DNA from: Patescibacteria group bacterium
GTDB lineage: Bacteria > Patescibacteriota > Minisyncoccia > Phycocordibacterales > GCA-2747955
Length of the DNA: 64,000 nucleotides
Direction of reading: 5' to 3'
Assembly: GCA_048538215.1 (NCBI GenBank)
Contig: JBLYPV010000001.1
Coordinates: 333,499 to 397,498 of the forward strand
The notes beneath the pieces are model-generated. The model searched no databases. It was given only the letters and a program-made list of their open reading frames with translations, and had not been told where the DNA came from. This document shows, piece by piece, positions 27,881 through 36,793 of the stretch. The translations under genes and the position numbers were made by a program. Every line of letters starts with the position of its first letter. Position 1 is the stretch's first letter.

Positions 27881-29638
27881 ATGGAACACGACAAACTATA
27901 CAAAATTCGCCATTCCCTTGCTCACCTTTTAGCGATGGCTACTATTGATACCTACCCACAAGCTAAGCTCGCCATCGGCCCAGTAATTGAAAACGGCTTT
28001 TATTATGATATTGATTTTGGTGATGAAAAAATAGGCGAAGAACATCTTAAAGAGCTCCAGAAAAAGATGAAAAAGATGGCTAGCCAATCACTTCCCTTTA
28101 CTCAAGTTGATATGAGTGAATTGGAAGCTCGAGAATATTTTAAAGATAATGAATATAAACTTGAATTGATTAATGAGATTATTGCTCGTGATGATCTGCT
28201 TACATTCTATCGTACTGGTGATACATTTATTGATCTTTGTGCTGGTGGGCATATAGATAACACCAGTGAGATTTCCACCGATGCTTTTCGACTCGAACGA
28301 GTAGCCGGCGCCTACTGGCGTGGAGATGAAAACAAGCCTATGCTCACTCGTATATATGGAGTAGCTTTTGAATCCAAAGAAAGTCTTGCAAGCTACGACG
28401 AAATGATGCGTGAGGCAAAAAAGCGAGATCATCGTAAATTAGGTCGTGAGCTCGATCTTTTTACCTTCTCAGATATGGTGGGAGCTGGATTACCTCTTTT
28501 TACTCCTCGGGGGACACTCTTACGGAATGGGATTATTAATCGTATTTGGGACATTCAAAAACAATATGGCTGGGAGTACATCACCACCCCACACATTACT
28601 AAACAAGCACTATATGAAACCAGTGGCCACTGGGAAAAATTTGGTGATGAGCTATTTAAAGTAACTGGAAAATCTGATGCTCAATTTGTGATGAAGCCAA
28701 TGAATTGCCCTCATCACACCCAAATTTTTGCTTCTCAAGCACGATCCTATCGTGATTTGCCTATCCGATACGCCGAAAATGGTGTCGTCTACCGTGATGA
28801 GCAAGCAGGAGAGCTATTAGGGCTTTCTCGTGTACGTGCTATTACCCAAGATGATGGCCACTGCTTTTGTACTCCAGAACAAGTAGAACAAGAAGTATCA
28901 AATATTATTTCTATAATCCGAGATTTCTATAATGGTATTGGCATGCTTGAAGATGGTAATTATTGGGTATCTTTGTCAGTACATGATCCAGCAAATCCTG
29001 AAAAATATATGATTCGTGAAGATGGCTTATTCCTTGAGGCAGAAAAAATTCTTGAATCAATTGCCAAAAAAGAGAAGCTCCCCTACAAACGCATTGAGGG
29101 CGAAGCTGCCTTTTATGGCCCTAAGCTTGATTTTCAATTTCGTGATGCTATTGGCCGAGAATGGCAACTTGGCACTGTACAACTTGATTTTTCTCTACCA
29201 GAACGATTCAAGCTCGAATACACCGACGCTGATGGCGAGCACAAACGCCCCGTAATGATTCACCGTGCTATTGCTGGTGCCCTCGAAAGGTTTCTCTCTG
29301 TGTATATTGAACATACCGCTGGAGCCTTCCCTTTTTGGCTAGCTCCCATACAGGTAGTAGTAATTCCAGTCAACACCGAGGCACATGGCAAAAAAGCACA
29401 AGAAGTAGCCACTGCTCTCAAAGAAGCTGGATTTCGTGCAGAGTATAATAACAACGAGAAAGTAAGTATGGGCAAACAAGTGCGTGAAGCTAAAGAGCAG
29501 AAATATCCCTACTGGATTATTATTGGTGATAAAGACATAGAACAAAATGTGCTCACGCTAGAATCTCGCGACTCTAGTGATCACCAAGAGCTTACTCTTG
29601 AACAAGTAATTGAAAAGTTTGCTTCTGAGAATAGATAA
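27881..29638 (+). CDS. thrS: threonine--tRNA ligase
   Basis: RHSLAHLL, DLCAGGH, RDHRKLG, KPMNCPHH, AFYGPKLD, IHRA. Confidence 0.97.
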   Translation: MEHDKLYKIRHSLAHLLAMATIDTYPQAKLAIGPVIENGFYYDIDFGDEKIGEEHLKELQKKMKKMASQSLPFTQVDMSELEAREYFKDNEYKLELINEIIARDDLLTFYRTGDTFIDLCAGGHIDNTSEISTDAFRLERVAGAYWRGDENKPMLTRIYGVAFESKESLASYDEMMREAKKRDHRKLGRELDLFTFSDMVGAGLPLFTPRGTLLRNGIINRIWDIQKQYGWEYITTPHITKQALYETSGHWEKFGDELFKVTGKSDAQFVMKPMNCPHHTQIFASQARSYRDLPIRYAENGVVYRDEQAGELLGLSRVRAITQDDGHCFCTPEQVEQEVSNIISIIRDFYNGIGMLEDGNYWVSLSVHDPANPEKYMIREDGLFLEAEKILESIAKKEKLPYKRIEGEAAFYGPKLDFQFRDAIGREWQLGTVQLDFSLPERFKLEYTDADGEHKRPVMIHRAIAGALERFLSVYIEHTAGAFPFWLAPIQVVVIPVNTEAHGKKAQEVATALKEAGFRAEYNNNEKVSMGKQVREAKEQKYPYWIIIGDKDIEQNVLTLESRDSSDHQELTLEQVIEKFASENR

Positions 29639-29698
29639 AATCAAAACGCTACGCTATACCTAGCATTTTGATTTTATAACAAATAAATGGTTTAATTA

Positions 29699-30265
29699 TT
29701 GGTAATTGACCTATCAAGGGAGGCCTGGATGCTTGCTCATCTCAAAAAATACGCTCGAATTTCCCCCGCTTTCACCGTACGCGGTAATAGCAATGGATAT
29801 CTCGAGGATTTCTATGCTCACCATATCGGTGAATTTAATGTCGAGCCGATATATACCAATTGTCTCTCAAGAAAATCGGCTCGGCGCTATATTACCGAAA
29901 TTCCTCGTGAGGAGTGGCGGATCCTGCACTGGAAACAAACATGGAAGGAGATTTATACCAGTATATTTGATCCATGGGATAATTTGTATGCCTTTCTTTG
30001 CCCCTATGTATTCTTCTCACATCTTCGATACCTGATTAATCGGAGTGTCCATGATCCACATAGCGCCCTCTCTCTTCCTCTTGGCTACGACTGCGACTAC
30101 GTACAAGCTTTTCTCAAGCTTGATGGAATGGAGCCCGTGCAAGTTTGTATAAGCGGTGACTTCCGTATTCCCAAGTGGCAAATAGACCTCAGAAGCTGGG
30201 ATGGGCACCCCACGATCTGGCGCGAACGTGATAGGATTCTGATCCCTGCACTTAGGGGAGGCTGA
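29699..30265 (+). CDS. hypothetical protein
   Basis: 188-aa ORF (start uncertain) followed by strong terminator. Confidence 0.55.
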   Translation: MVIDLSREAWMLAHLKKYARISPAFTVRGNSNGYLEDFYAHHIGEFNVEPIYTNCLSRKSARRYITEIPREEWRILHWKQTWKEIYTSIFDPWDNLYAFLCPYVFFSHLRYLINRSVHDPHSALSLPLGYDCDYVQAFLKLDGMEPVQVCISGDFRIPKWQIDLRSWDGHPTIWRERDRILIPALRGG

Positions 30266-30284
30266 TCCTAGACTGAGAGAAGCA

Positions 30285-30315
30285 AAAAGCCCGGCGCCGA
30301 AGGCGCCGGGCTTTT
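30285..30315. terminator. bidirectional terminator
   Basis: aaaagcccggcgcc-gaa-ggcgccgggctttt. Confidence 0.75.
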
Positions 30316-30332
30316 CAAATAGAATACCTATA

Positions 30333-30998
30333 CTAATCATTAAACAATTGTGTAAGATTGAGGAGTGACTGAAACATCATAATGAAATTGATGTACATGT
30401 GAAGCGCTCCAAGAGTTGCCATCTTTGATTTTTGCTCATCATCTTTCAAGTGAGCAAACATCTGCCGATAAGCTTGATTATCATACACCGTCAGAGCTGC
30501 AAAAATTATCAGTGCTACCCCTGAGATAATAAAGCTGAAGGTATCACTTTGTAAAAAAATATTAGCAATAGAAGAAAAGAATATTCCCCATACTGCAGCA
30601 ATCAAGAAAGTGCCCCATCCAGATAAATCATTTTTCGTAAAGTAGCCCCAGACCGCCAAGAAAGCAAACATACTAGCAGCTACCAAGAAAATTACTACCA
30701 CGAGCATCGGGTCAGTAGCGAGGAAGTATGCTAAAAAGCCCGCCATAGTCATGCCATTAAGGGCTGCATAAGCAAGATAGAGCAAAAAAGCATTGGCAGC
30801 TGAAAGCCGATTAATTCCCCACTGCACTCCAAAAAGGATACCTAATTGAATAGCAATTAAGCCGTAAAAATACACGCTATTTTGAAAAATAACTACCAAT
30901 GGTGAATTGATGGTGAGGTATGCCATCGCAGCTGAAATAAGAATTCCTATCACCATCCACTGATAAATTGATCGAAAAAAATCTTGTACAGTATTCAT
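30333..30998 (-). CDS. Bax inhibitor-1/YccA family membrane protein
   Basis: Seven hydrophobic segments, TKNDLS..G, YDNQ, GAL.MYINFI. Confidence 0.9.
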   Translation of the reverse strand: MNTVQDFFRSIYQWMVIGILISAAMAYLTINSPLVVIFQNSVYFYGLIAIQLGILFGVQWGINRLSAANAFLLYLAYAALNGMTMAGFLAYFLATDPMLVVVIFLVAASMFAFLAVWGYFTKNDLSGWGTFLIAAVWGIFFSSIANIFLQSDTFSFIISGVALIIFAALTVYDNQAYRQMFAHLKDDEQKSKMATLGALHMYINFIMMFQSLLNLTQLFND

Positions 30999-31006
30999 AT
31001 GAGATA

Positions 31007-32197
31007 TTATATCATGCTTTGATTTGAGCTTATAATCCCCCCTCCAAGACAAATAGTATCTTGATAAAGTACTAATGATTGCCCTTCTGCTACCCCACTA
31101 TGTGCCTCGCTGAAGCTCAAGCTATATATATCACCATCTACCATCTCGAACTGGGCTTGTAGTAATGCTCCCCGATGGCGAACTCGGCTCACCATCTTAT
31201 CACCCACTTGTGGTGCTTGATTGATCCAAGATGTATTGGTGATGTATATAATTTTTGGATTATATACCTCCAAGGATGGCGAGACGGTAATTGTATTATG
31301 CTTGGTATCCTTAGCAACAATATACATCCGTGGCATATCGGGAGTACGATACTCGGGAGCAATCTCAAAGCCACTACGCTGGCCTATAGTGAGAAAGAAA
31401 GATCCTGAGTGCTTTCCAATGACCTCGCCTACTTCATTTAATACGTCACCTCCTTCTTCATCGATATACTTAGCTAAAAATTTGCGCATCTCTACTGGGC
31501 CTACAAAGCAAATACCTTGGGAGTCTTTTTTTGTGGCAGTAAACAAGCCATATTTTTTTGCGCGACGACGTACCTTGTCTTTCTTCCAGTGTCCAATAGG
31601 AAAAATGGTATGAGATAATTGCTTTTGTGTAAGTTGGTACAAAAAATATGTCTGATCTTTATCAGCATCGGCCCCCATAGCCATGAGGGAGCTAGCTTCT
31701 TGTAACTCTGAGTCTCCACTACCTACTTCTTCTCGGACAAAATGTTGGGCGTAGTGACCAGTAGCAATATAATCTGCGCCCTGCTTGAGTGCCCACTCCA
31801 AAAAGCCTCCAAATTTTACATATTTATTACAAAAAATATCCGGATTGGGGGTGATCCCCGCACGATATGAATCAATCATATAATCAAATACATATTCTTT
31901 GTATTCTTTTTCTAAATCACACTCCATAAAAGGGATTTTTAAGTGCTCACAGACTCGTATAGCATCTAATCGCTCCTCGCGCCAATCACACTCTATCTCT
32001 GGGGGGTAGTATGTTTTTATAAAAACACCGACAACATCATATCCTCGACTTTTTAGCTCTGCAGCCGAAACACTACTGTCGACCCCTCCTGAAACACCCA
32101 CAAATACCCGCGCGCGAGCACCATGGGCTTGCTTTATCGGTGGAAAATAATTACTCATTTTCCTTTGAGAAAGAAAATTTTGAAGTGATTCAAACAT
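31007..32197 (-). CDS. mnmA: tRNA 2-thiouridylase MnmA
   Basis: SGGVDSS, TPNPDIFCN, ATGHYA, KDQTYFL, DSQGICF, TIGQR. Confidence 0.96.
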   Translation of the reverse strand: MFESLQNFLSQRKMSNYFPPIKQAHGARARVFVGVSGGVDSSVSAAELKSRGYDVVGVFIKTYYPPEIECDWREERLDAIRVCEHLKIPFMECDLEKEYKEYVFDYMIDSYRAGITPNPDIFCNKYVKFGGFLEWALKQGADYIATGHYAQHFVREEVGSGDSELQEASSLMAMGADADKDQTYFLYQLTQKQLSHTIFPIGHWKKDKVRRRAKKYGLFTATKKDSQGICFVGPVEMRKFLAKYIDEEGGDVLNEVGEVIGKHSGSFFLTIGQRSGFEIAPEYRTPDMPRMYIVAKDTKHNTITVSPSLEVYNPKIIYITNTSWINQAPQVGDKMVSRVRHRGALLQAQFEMVDGDIYSLSFSEAHSGVAEGQSLVLYQDTICLGGGIISSNQSMI

Positions 32198-32327
32198 AAA
32201 GTATAGTATAGCAAATAATCACAAAGCAGAGGTGATCGGATGCATACCCTGGTATTTAGATTTGTGCATATTCTCGTTGCCCGATACTCCCCAGCTGGTA
32301 CAATCTATATACTAGTTGTATTTCTAT

Positions 32328-33713
32328 ATGCTTGCATCAATTTTTCCACTTGTTAGCTCTATTATTTTTCTCTCTTTTGCAGCTGCTGTTTTTCTTAGTG
32401 ATACGCGTGCGCGCGTGAAGTATATCTTTGTCACTCTTTGTTTGGCAACATTCTGGTGGCAATTTTCATGGTTTATTCTCTTTAATACCCACGATGCCGA
32501 GCTCGCCTTGCTAATCTCAAAGATTGGCTATATTGGGGTCCTATTTCTTCCGGTATTGCTCTATCAATTTATCCTTATCATCACAGATAATCGATCCACT
32601 TTTGGTCGGATCATTTTATATGTAAGCTACACCATTAGTACCATTTTTCTCATTTTGCTTCTCACCAGTGATGCCATCATTAGTGGTGTTTCTGATTTTT
32701 CTTGGGGATTTTATCCAAAAGCAGGCAGCTTTCATCCAGCTCTCATTCTCCTCACTTTTATTTTGATGGTAAGTGGGCTCCTGGTACTTTGGAAAAGATA
32801 CCGAGAAACAAGATCATTCGAAAAACAACAGCAAATTAGATTTCTTTTGTATGCAATCATACTCTATAATCTTTCAAGTATAGATTTTATCGCTAATTAT
32901 GAAGTCAATATTTATCCGATAAGCTTTATTGCACTTGGATTTTTTATTTTCCTTATCTGGCAAGGGATATCTCACCACTATTTACTAAAAATATCCAATC
33001 ATTTTAAATATATCCTAAGCTATATTTTTGTATTTATATATATGTGGATTGCCACCGAATTATATATCTTCCTATTCAAAATAATTGGTGTGCTCAGGCT
33101 CTCCCCTCTTGATGAACTCAGCCGACTATTTGTAACTGCGATTCTCGCAGGAGTAGGTATTATTATCTATCACTTTAGTACCAAATTTATTGAACAAGCT
33201 CTTTATAAATACAGGAACCCAAATCGTTTATTGATCAAAATTCACGAAGAAATTATCGATTGCGAATCAAAAAAAGAATTACTAGAAACGATGAGCCAAA
33301 TTTTAGATTTTGTTTTCTCTGTCGATCATGCTTATGTATTGGTAAAAAATGATGCTGATACAAAAGATAATATAGAGATTATTACAAGCCAGCACAGCTC
33401 TAAAAAACACCCGCTAGGAATTGGCTCTCTAAAAGATTTTGCTGGCACTAAGCATAATTTGCCTCAAGAATTAATTACTATTGATAATCTCAAATATTTT
33501 GCCCTGCTTGAAGGTACTCAAGAAAAAATAATTGAAGAGATGAAAATAAATTGTATTGCAGTGATTGCTCCTATGTACTATGAAGAGAATTTTATTGGCA
33601 ATTTGATTTTAGGAGAAAAGCCATATCAAGAGCGCTATACCGAAGAAGAAAAACGCTTTATCGAGCGTATCGTGCCTCTCTTTGCTAAAAAGCTTGCTAC
33701 GTTAAAAAAGTAA
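32328..33713 (+). CDS. membrane sensor: 7TM (HisKA_7TM-like) plus GAF domain, no output domain
   Basis: About 9 hydrophobic segments then GAF-like C-terminus IAPM..E..IGNLILGEK....Y..EE; no H-box. Confidence 0.65.
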   Translation: MLASIFPLVSSIIFLSFAAAVFLSDTRARVKYIFVTLCLATFWWQFSWFILFNTHDAELALLISKIGYIGVLFLPVLLYQFILIITDNRSTFGRIILYVSYTISTIFLILLLTSDAIISGVSDFSWGFYPKAGSFHPALILLTFILMVSGLLVLWKRYRETRSFEKQQQIRFLLYAIILYNLSSIDFIANYEVNIYPISFIALGFFIFLIWQGISHHYLLKISNHFKYILSYIFVFIYMWIATELYIFLFKIIGVLRLSPLDELSRLFVTAILAGVGIIIYHFSTKFIEQALYKYRNPNRLLIKIHEEIIDCESKKELLETMSQILDFVFSVDHAYVLVKNDADTKDNIEIITSQHSSKKHPLGIGSLKDFAGTKHNLPQELITIDNLKYFALLEGTQEKIIEEMKINCIAVIAPMYYEENFIGNLILGEKPYQERYTEEEKRFIERIVPLFAKKLATLKK

Positions 33714-33756
33714 ATGATTTATCTCCTGTAGCTCTCTGGTATAATATCTTCCTATT

Positions 33757-33846
33757 GGAGAGATGGCTGAGCGGCTTAAGGCGCACGCTTGGAAAGCGTG
33801 TGAGGGTTTACGCCCTCCGCGGGTTCGAATCCCGCTCTCTCCGCCA
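33757..33846 (+). tRNA. tRNA-Ser(GGA)
   Basis: Cloverleaf ggagaga...tctctccgcca, anticodon arm cacgc-ttGGAaa-gcgtg, long variable arm, GGTTCGAATC, encoded CCA. Confidence 0.96.
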
Positions 33847-34104
33847 TTTTACGATTTTGTCGGTTTTGGAAGTTTTACGCACCTGCGGTGCGATTGCCTC
33901 GCCCGCAGGCGAGGCTGAAGGGGCTGATTTTGCAACGATTTGCCACGCTCTGCGTGGCGAAAAAGAAATGTTTTGGTTTTGGATTTGGAAGTTCGAACCA
34001 ATCTTTTTTAGAAAATCCCGAATCCCTTCGGGATTTTCTTTGGAAGCGATAATTTTGGCTTGTTTGCTGTCTTTTATGAATTTCTCGGCGAGTTCGAAAG
34101 ATTT
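33808..34104 (-). pseudogene. C-terminal remnant of a tRNA-targeting recombinase (probably large serine recombinase)
   Basis: Start-less open frame KSFELAEKFIKDSKQAKIIA...RDFLKKIGSNFQ...KWRRERDSNPRRA* reading antisense into the tRNA 3' half; family assignment from recalled similarity. Confidence 0.55.
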
Positions 34105-34336
34105 TGTTACACTTAGGTTGTAAAATTCGGATAAAAACGAGTTATGTGCAATTCAAAAAATATTTTTCTTGATGTAAAAAGGAGATAGGCTTTCTAGGAA
34201 TGGGAATAAATTTGATTTTTTCTTTATTTAAAGAGGGGGATAATATTGTGTTTTCTCCGCTCCGCTCCGAAAACGATTTATTTATAAATTGAAAAACATA
34301 ACAAAACTTATATAATACAAATAACTTTTACTTTTT

Positions 34337-35131
34337 ATGGGAAACAATATGACACTAATAGATACAAAATACTTCAAAGAGTATAGAGAAAAACTTGGTT
34401 TTACAAACCAAAATGGAGTTAAGGCATTTTTTGCTGCAAGAGATATAATTCCAACAGTAGATTATAATTATATAAATTTGCTAAATGACAGACTTCTTGA
34501 AATTGTCGCAAAAATAAATGATTTAGTTGTTGAAGATATAAAAGTAGAAGATTTAGATTTGTTTTGTGATGAAAACATTAAAACCGTTTTTGAAAAATTA
34601 AAAAATCACAACATCATTTCAAGACTAAATAATCAAGGAAGAAGACCAGAAGAAGTTTATTTTTCATGGATGCGTGGTTTTGTTATTTCATCATATTTTT
34701 TAAATGCTTTAAGTCAAGTTTTTGAAGTTGATATAGAAAATATTGATTTAATCGGAGATGACGATTTAGTAAATATTGAAACTTTCAAAAGAACACCAAA
34801 AGCAGATTTACAAATTAATTTAAAAAATGGTGAAAAAGTTAGAATTGAAGTTCAGTCAGGATTTCAAGGAATTAACGACATTAAACAGCATAAAGTTTTG
34901 GAAGCTAAAAAAATCAAAAGAGAAGAAAACATTTCTTCAATGGTAATTCATTTTGATTTATTTAATGGTCAAGTTGCTTTCGTAAAAATAGATAAAATTG
35001 ACGATGATAGTGTTAATTGGATAACAAGACAACAAATGGAAGGTCAAACTGTTTTTAATATAGACCAAAATTATTTTGCTTGGAAACTAACTGAAAATCC
35101 ACCTAAATATACAGATTTATCTTTTTCATAA
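34337..35131 (+). CDS. putative type II restriction endonuclease
   Basis: Directly upstream of a C5 methyltransferase; KADL....IEVQSG PD-(D/E)xK-like pattern. Confidence 0.7.
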   Translation: MGNNMTLIDTKYFKEYREKLGFTNQNGVKAFFAARDIIPTVDYNYINLLNDRLLEIVAKINDLVVEDIKVEDLDLFCDENIKTVFEKLKNHNIISRLNNQGRRPEEVYFSWMRGFVISSYFLNALSQVFEVDIENIDLIGDDDLVNIETFKRTPKADLQINLKNGEKVRIEVQSGFQGINDIKQHKVLEAKKIKREENISSMVIHFDLFNGQVAFVKIDKIDDDSVNWITRQQMEGQTVFNIDQNYFAWKLTENPPKYTDLSFS

Positions 35132-35140
35132 GGTATAATT

Positions 35141-36259
35141 ATGGCTAAAAAAATTAAAATTATAGACTTATTTGCAGGAGTTGGAGGATTAAGTTATGGC
35201 TTTGCTCATGACGATAATTTTGAAATTGTTGCAGCAAATGAAATTTTGCCGAATATGGCAAAAGCATACGAACTAAACCATCCGTCTGTAAAAGTATATT
35301 GCAAAGATATTAAAGAATTTGGAATTAAAGATTTAGAAAAAGATTTTGGAATTAAAAAAGGAGATGTTGATTTAATTGTTGGGGGTCCTCCTTGTCAAGC
35401 ATATTCAACAGTTGGCAAAAGACTGATAGATGATCCAAAAGGTAAATTGTTTCAAGAATATTACAGAATTCTTAAAGAATTAGACCCGAAAGTATTTTTA
35501 TTTGAAAATGTAAAAGGACTTTTATCGATGCAGGGTGGAGAATTGTTAAAAACAATTATTTCTTTGTTTGAATCATTAGGATATAAAGTTGTCTATAAGG
35601 TTTTAAATTCTGCTGATTATGGAGCACCACAAGTAAGAGAAAGAGTTATAATAATTGGAACAAAACTTAACTCTAAATTTAATTATCCTGAATCAACACA
35701 TTATAATCCAGAAGAAGAGCAAACTCTTTTGACACAAGAATTAAAACCATATTTAACTTTGGCAGAAGCAATAAGCGATCTTCCATTTATTAAAAGTAGT
35801 GAAGAAAGTTTTGAGTATTCTACTGAACCAGCAAATGAATTTCAAAAATTAATGAGAAAAAATGCTCCTGAAAAATTAATGGATCATAATGCTCCAAATA
35901 ATAATGAAAACTTAGTGAAGATTATGGAAAATCTGCCTGATGGCGGAACTCCAAAGGATTTACCAGAAGAATTAAGACCAAAAAGTGGTTTTGCAAATAC
36001 TTACTGTAGGCTTTGGTGGAATAGACCAAGTACAACAATTACAAGAAATTTAAGCACTCCTTCATCTTCAAGATGTATTCATCCGAAAGCACCAAGACCA
36101 CTAACGACAAGAGAAGGAGCAAGAATACAATGTTTTCCTGATAATTATGTTTTCTATGGTTCAAGAAGTGATAAAAATTTACAAATTGGAAATGCAGTAC
36201 CGACATTTTTATCAAGTGCTTTAAAAGATTCAATTAAGAAACATTTTTTAGAAGAATAA
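35141..36259 (+). CDS. DNA (cytosine-5)-methyltransferase
   Basis: DLFAGVGG, GGPPCQ, ENVKG, QVRER, REGARIQCFPD, QIGNAVP. Confidence 0.96.
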   Translation: MAKKIKIIDLFAGVGGLSYGFAHDDNFEIVAANEILPNMAKAYELNHPSVKVYCKDIKEFGIKDLEKDFGIKKGDVDLIVGGPPCQAYSTVGKRLIDDPKGKLFQEYYRILKELDPKVFLFENVKGLLSMQGGELLKTIISLFESLGYKVVYKVLNSADYGAPQVRERVIIIGTKLNSKFNYPESTHYNPEEEQTLLTQELKPYLTLAEAISDLPFIKSSEESFEYSTEPANEFQKLMRKNAPEKLMDHNAPNNNENLVKIMENLPDGGTPKDLPEELRPKSGFANTYCRLWWNRPSTTITRNLSTPSSSRCIHPKAPRPLTTREGARIQCFPDNYVFYGSRSDKNLQIGNAVPTFLSSALKDSIKKHFLEE

Positions 36260-36381
36260 GGAGTTTTGAAAAATGAAATACAATAATACAAAGCCCACCA
36301 AAAACGGAATAATATTGATAAATTTTTCAAAAATACGCAAGGCACATTGCACTCTCACTCCGCTATCGCTCCGTTCGGCTC

Positions 36382-36479
36382 GCCTAACACAGTATATGCG
36401 GTTCACTCGTTGCACTTCGCTCTCCCATATTTTGCTCCGTTTCACTCCGCAAAACATCGCATATACTGAAACGTTGTTC
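36382..36479 (+). other. attC-like integron recombination site
   Basis: GCCTAAC ... cagtatatgcg/cgcatatactg 11-bp inverted repeat ... GTTGTTC. Confidence 0.5.
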
Positions 36480-36529
36480 GCAATTGATAGGAAACAAAAA
36501 TTTATAAACAAAATAAAATATAAAATCTT

Positions 36530-36706
36530 ATGAAGCAAAAAAATCAAAATTTAATTGGAATTATAAGTGCAATTACTTCAGGAATTGCTTTTTTAGCAAT
36601 AAAATATCTTTTTTCTGGAGAAATTGATTTTTTAACTTCAATTATATTTATGTTAACTTTTGGAACTACCTATATTTTGTTACATAAATTTTTTGGTAAA
36701 AAGTGA
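36530..36706 (+). CDS. small two-TM membrane protein (58 aa), cassette-like
   Basis: MKQKNQNLIGIISAITSGIAFLAIKYLFSGEIDFLTSIIFMLTFGTTYILLHKFFGKK*; flanked by 16-bp inverted repeats. Confidence 0.65.
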   Translation: MKQKNQNLIGIISAITSGIAFLAIKYLFSGEIDFLTSIIFMLTFGTTYILLHKFFGKK

Positions 36707-36793
36707 TTTTGTTTCCTATCAACTTCTTCGGAGTTTTTCCAAAACTCCTCGACCACGCTGCGCTCTCCTCCTTTCAGTCGTCGGGGCGTATAA

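Noticed and set aside
33755-34123. 122-aa plus-strand ORF
   Set aside because: Overlaps tRNA-Ser and is antisense to the recombinase remnant.
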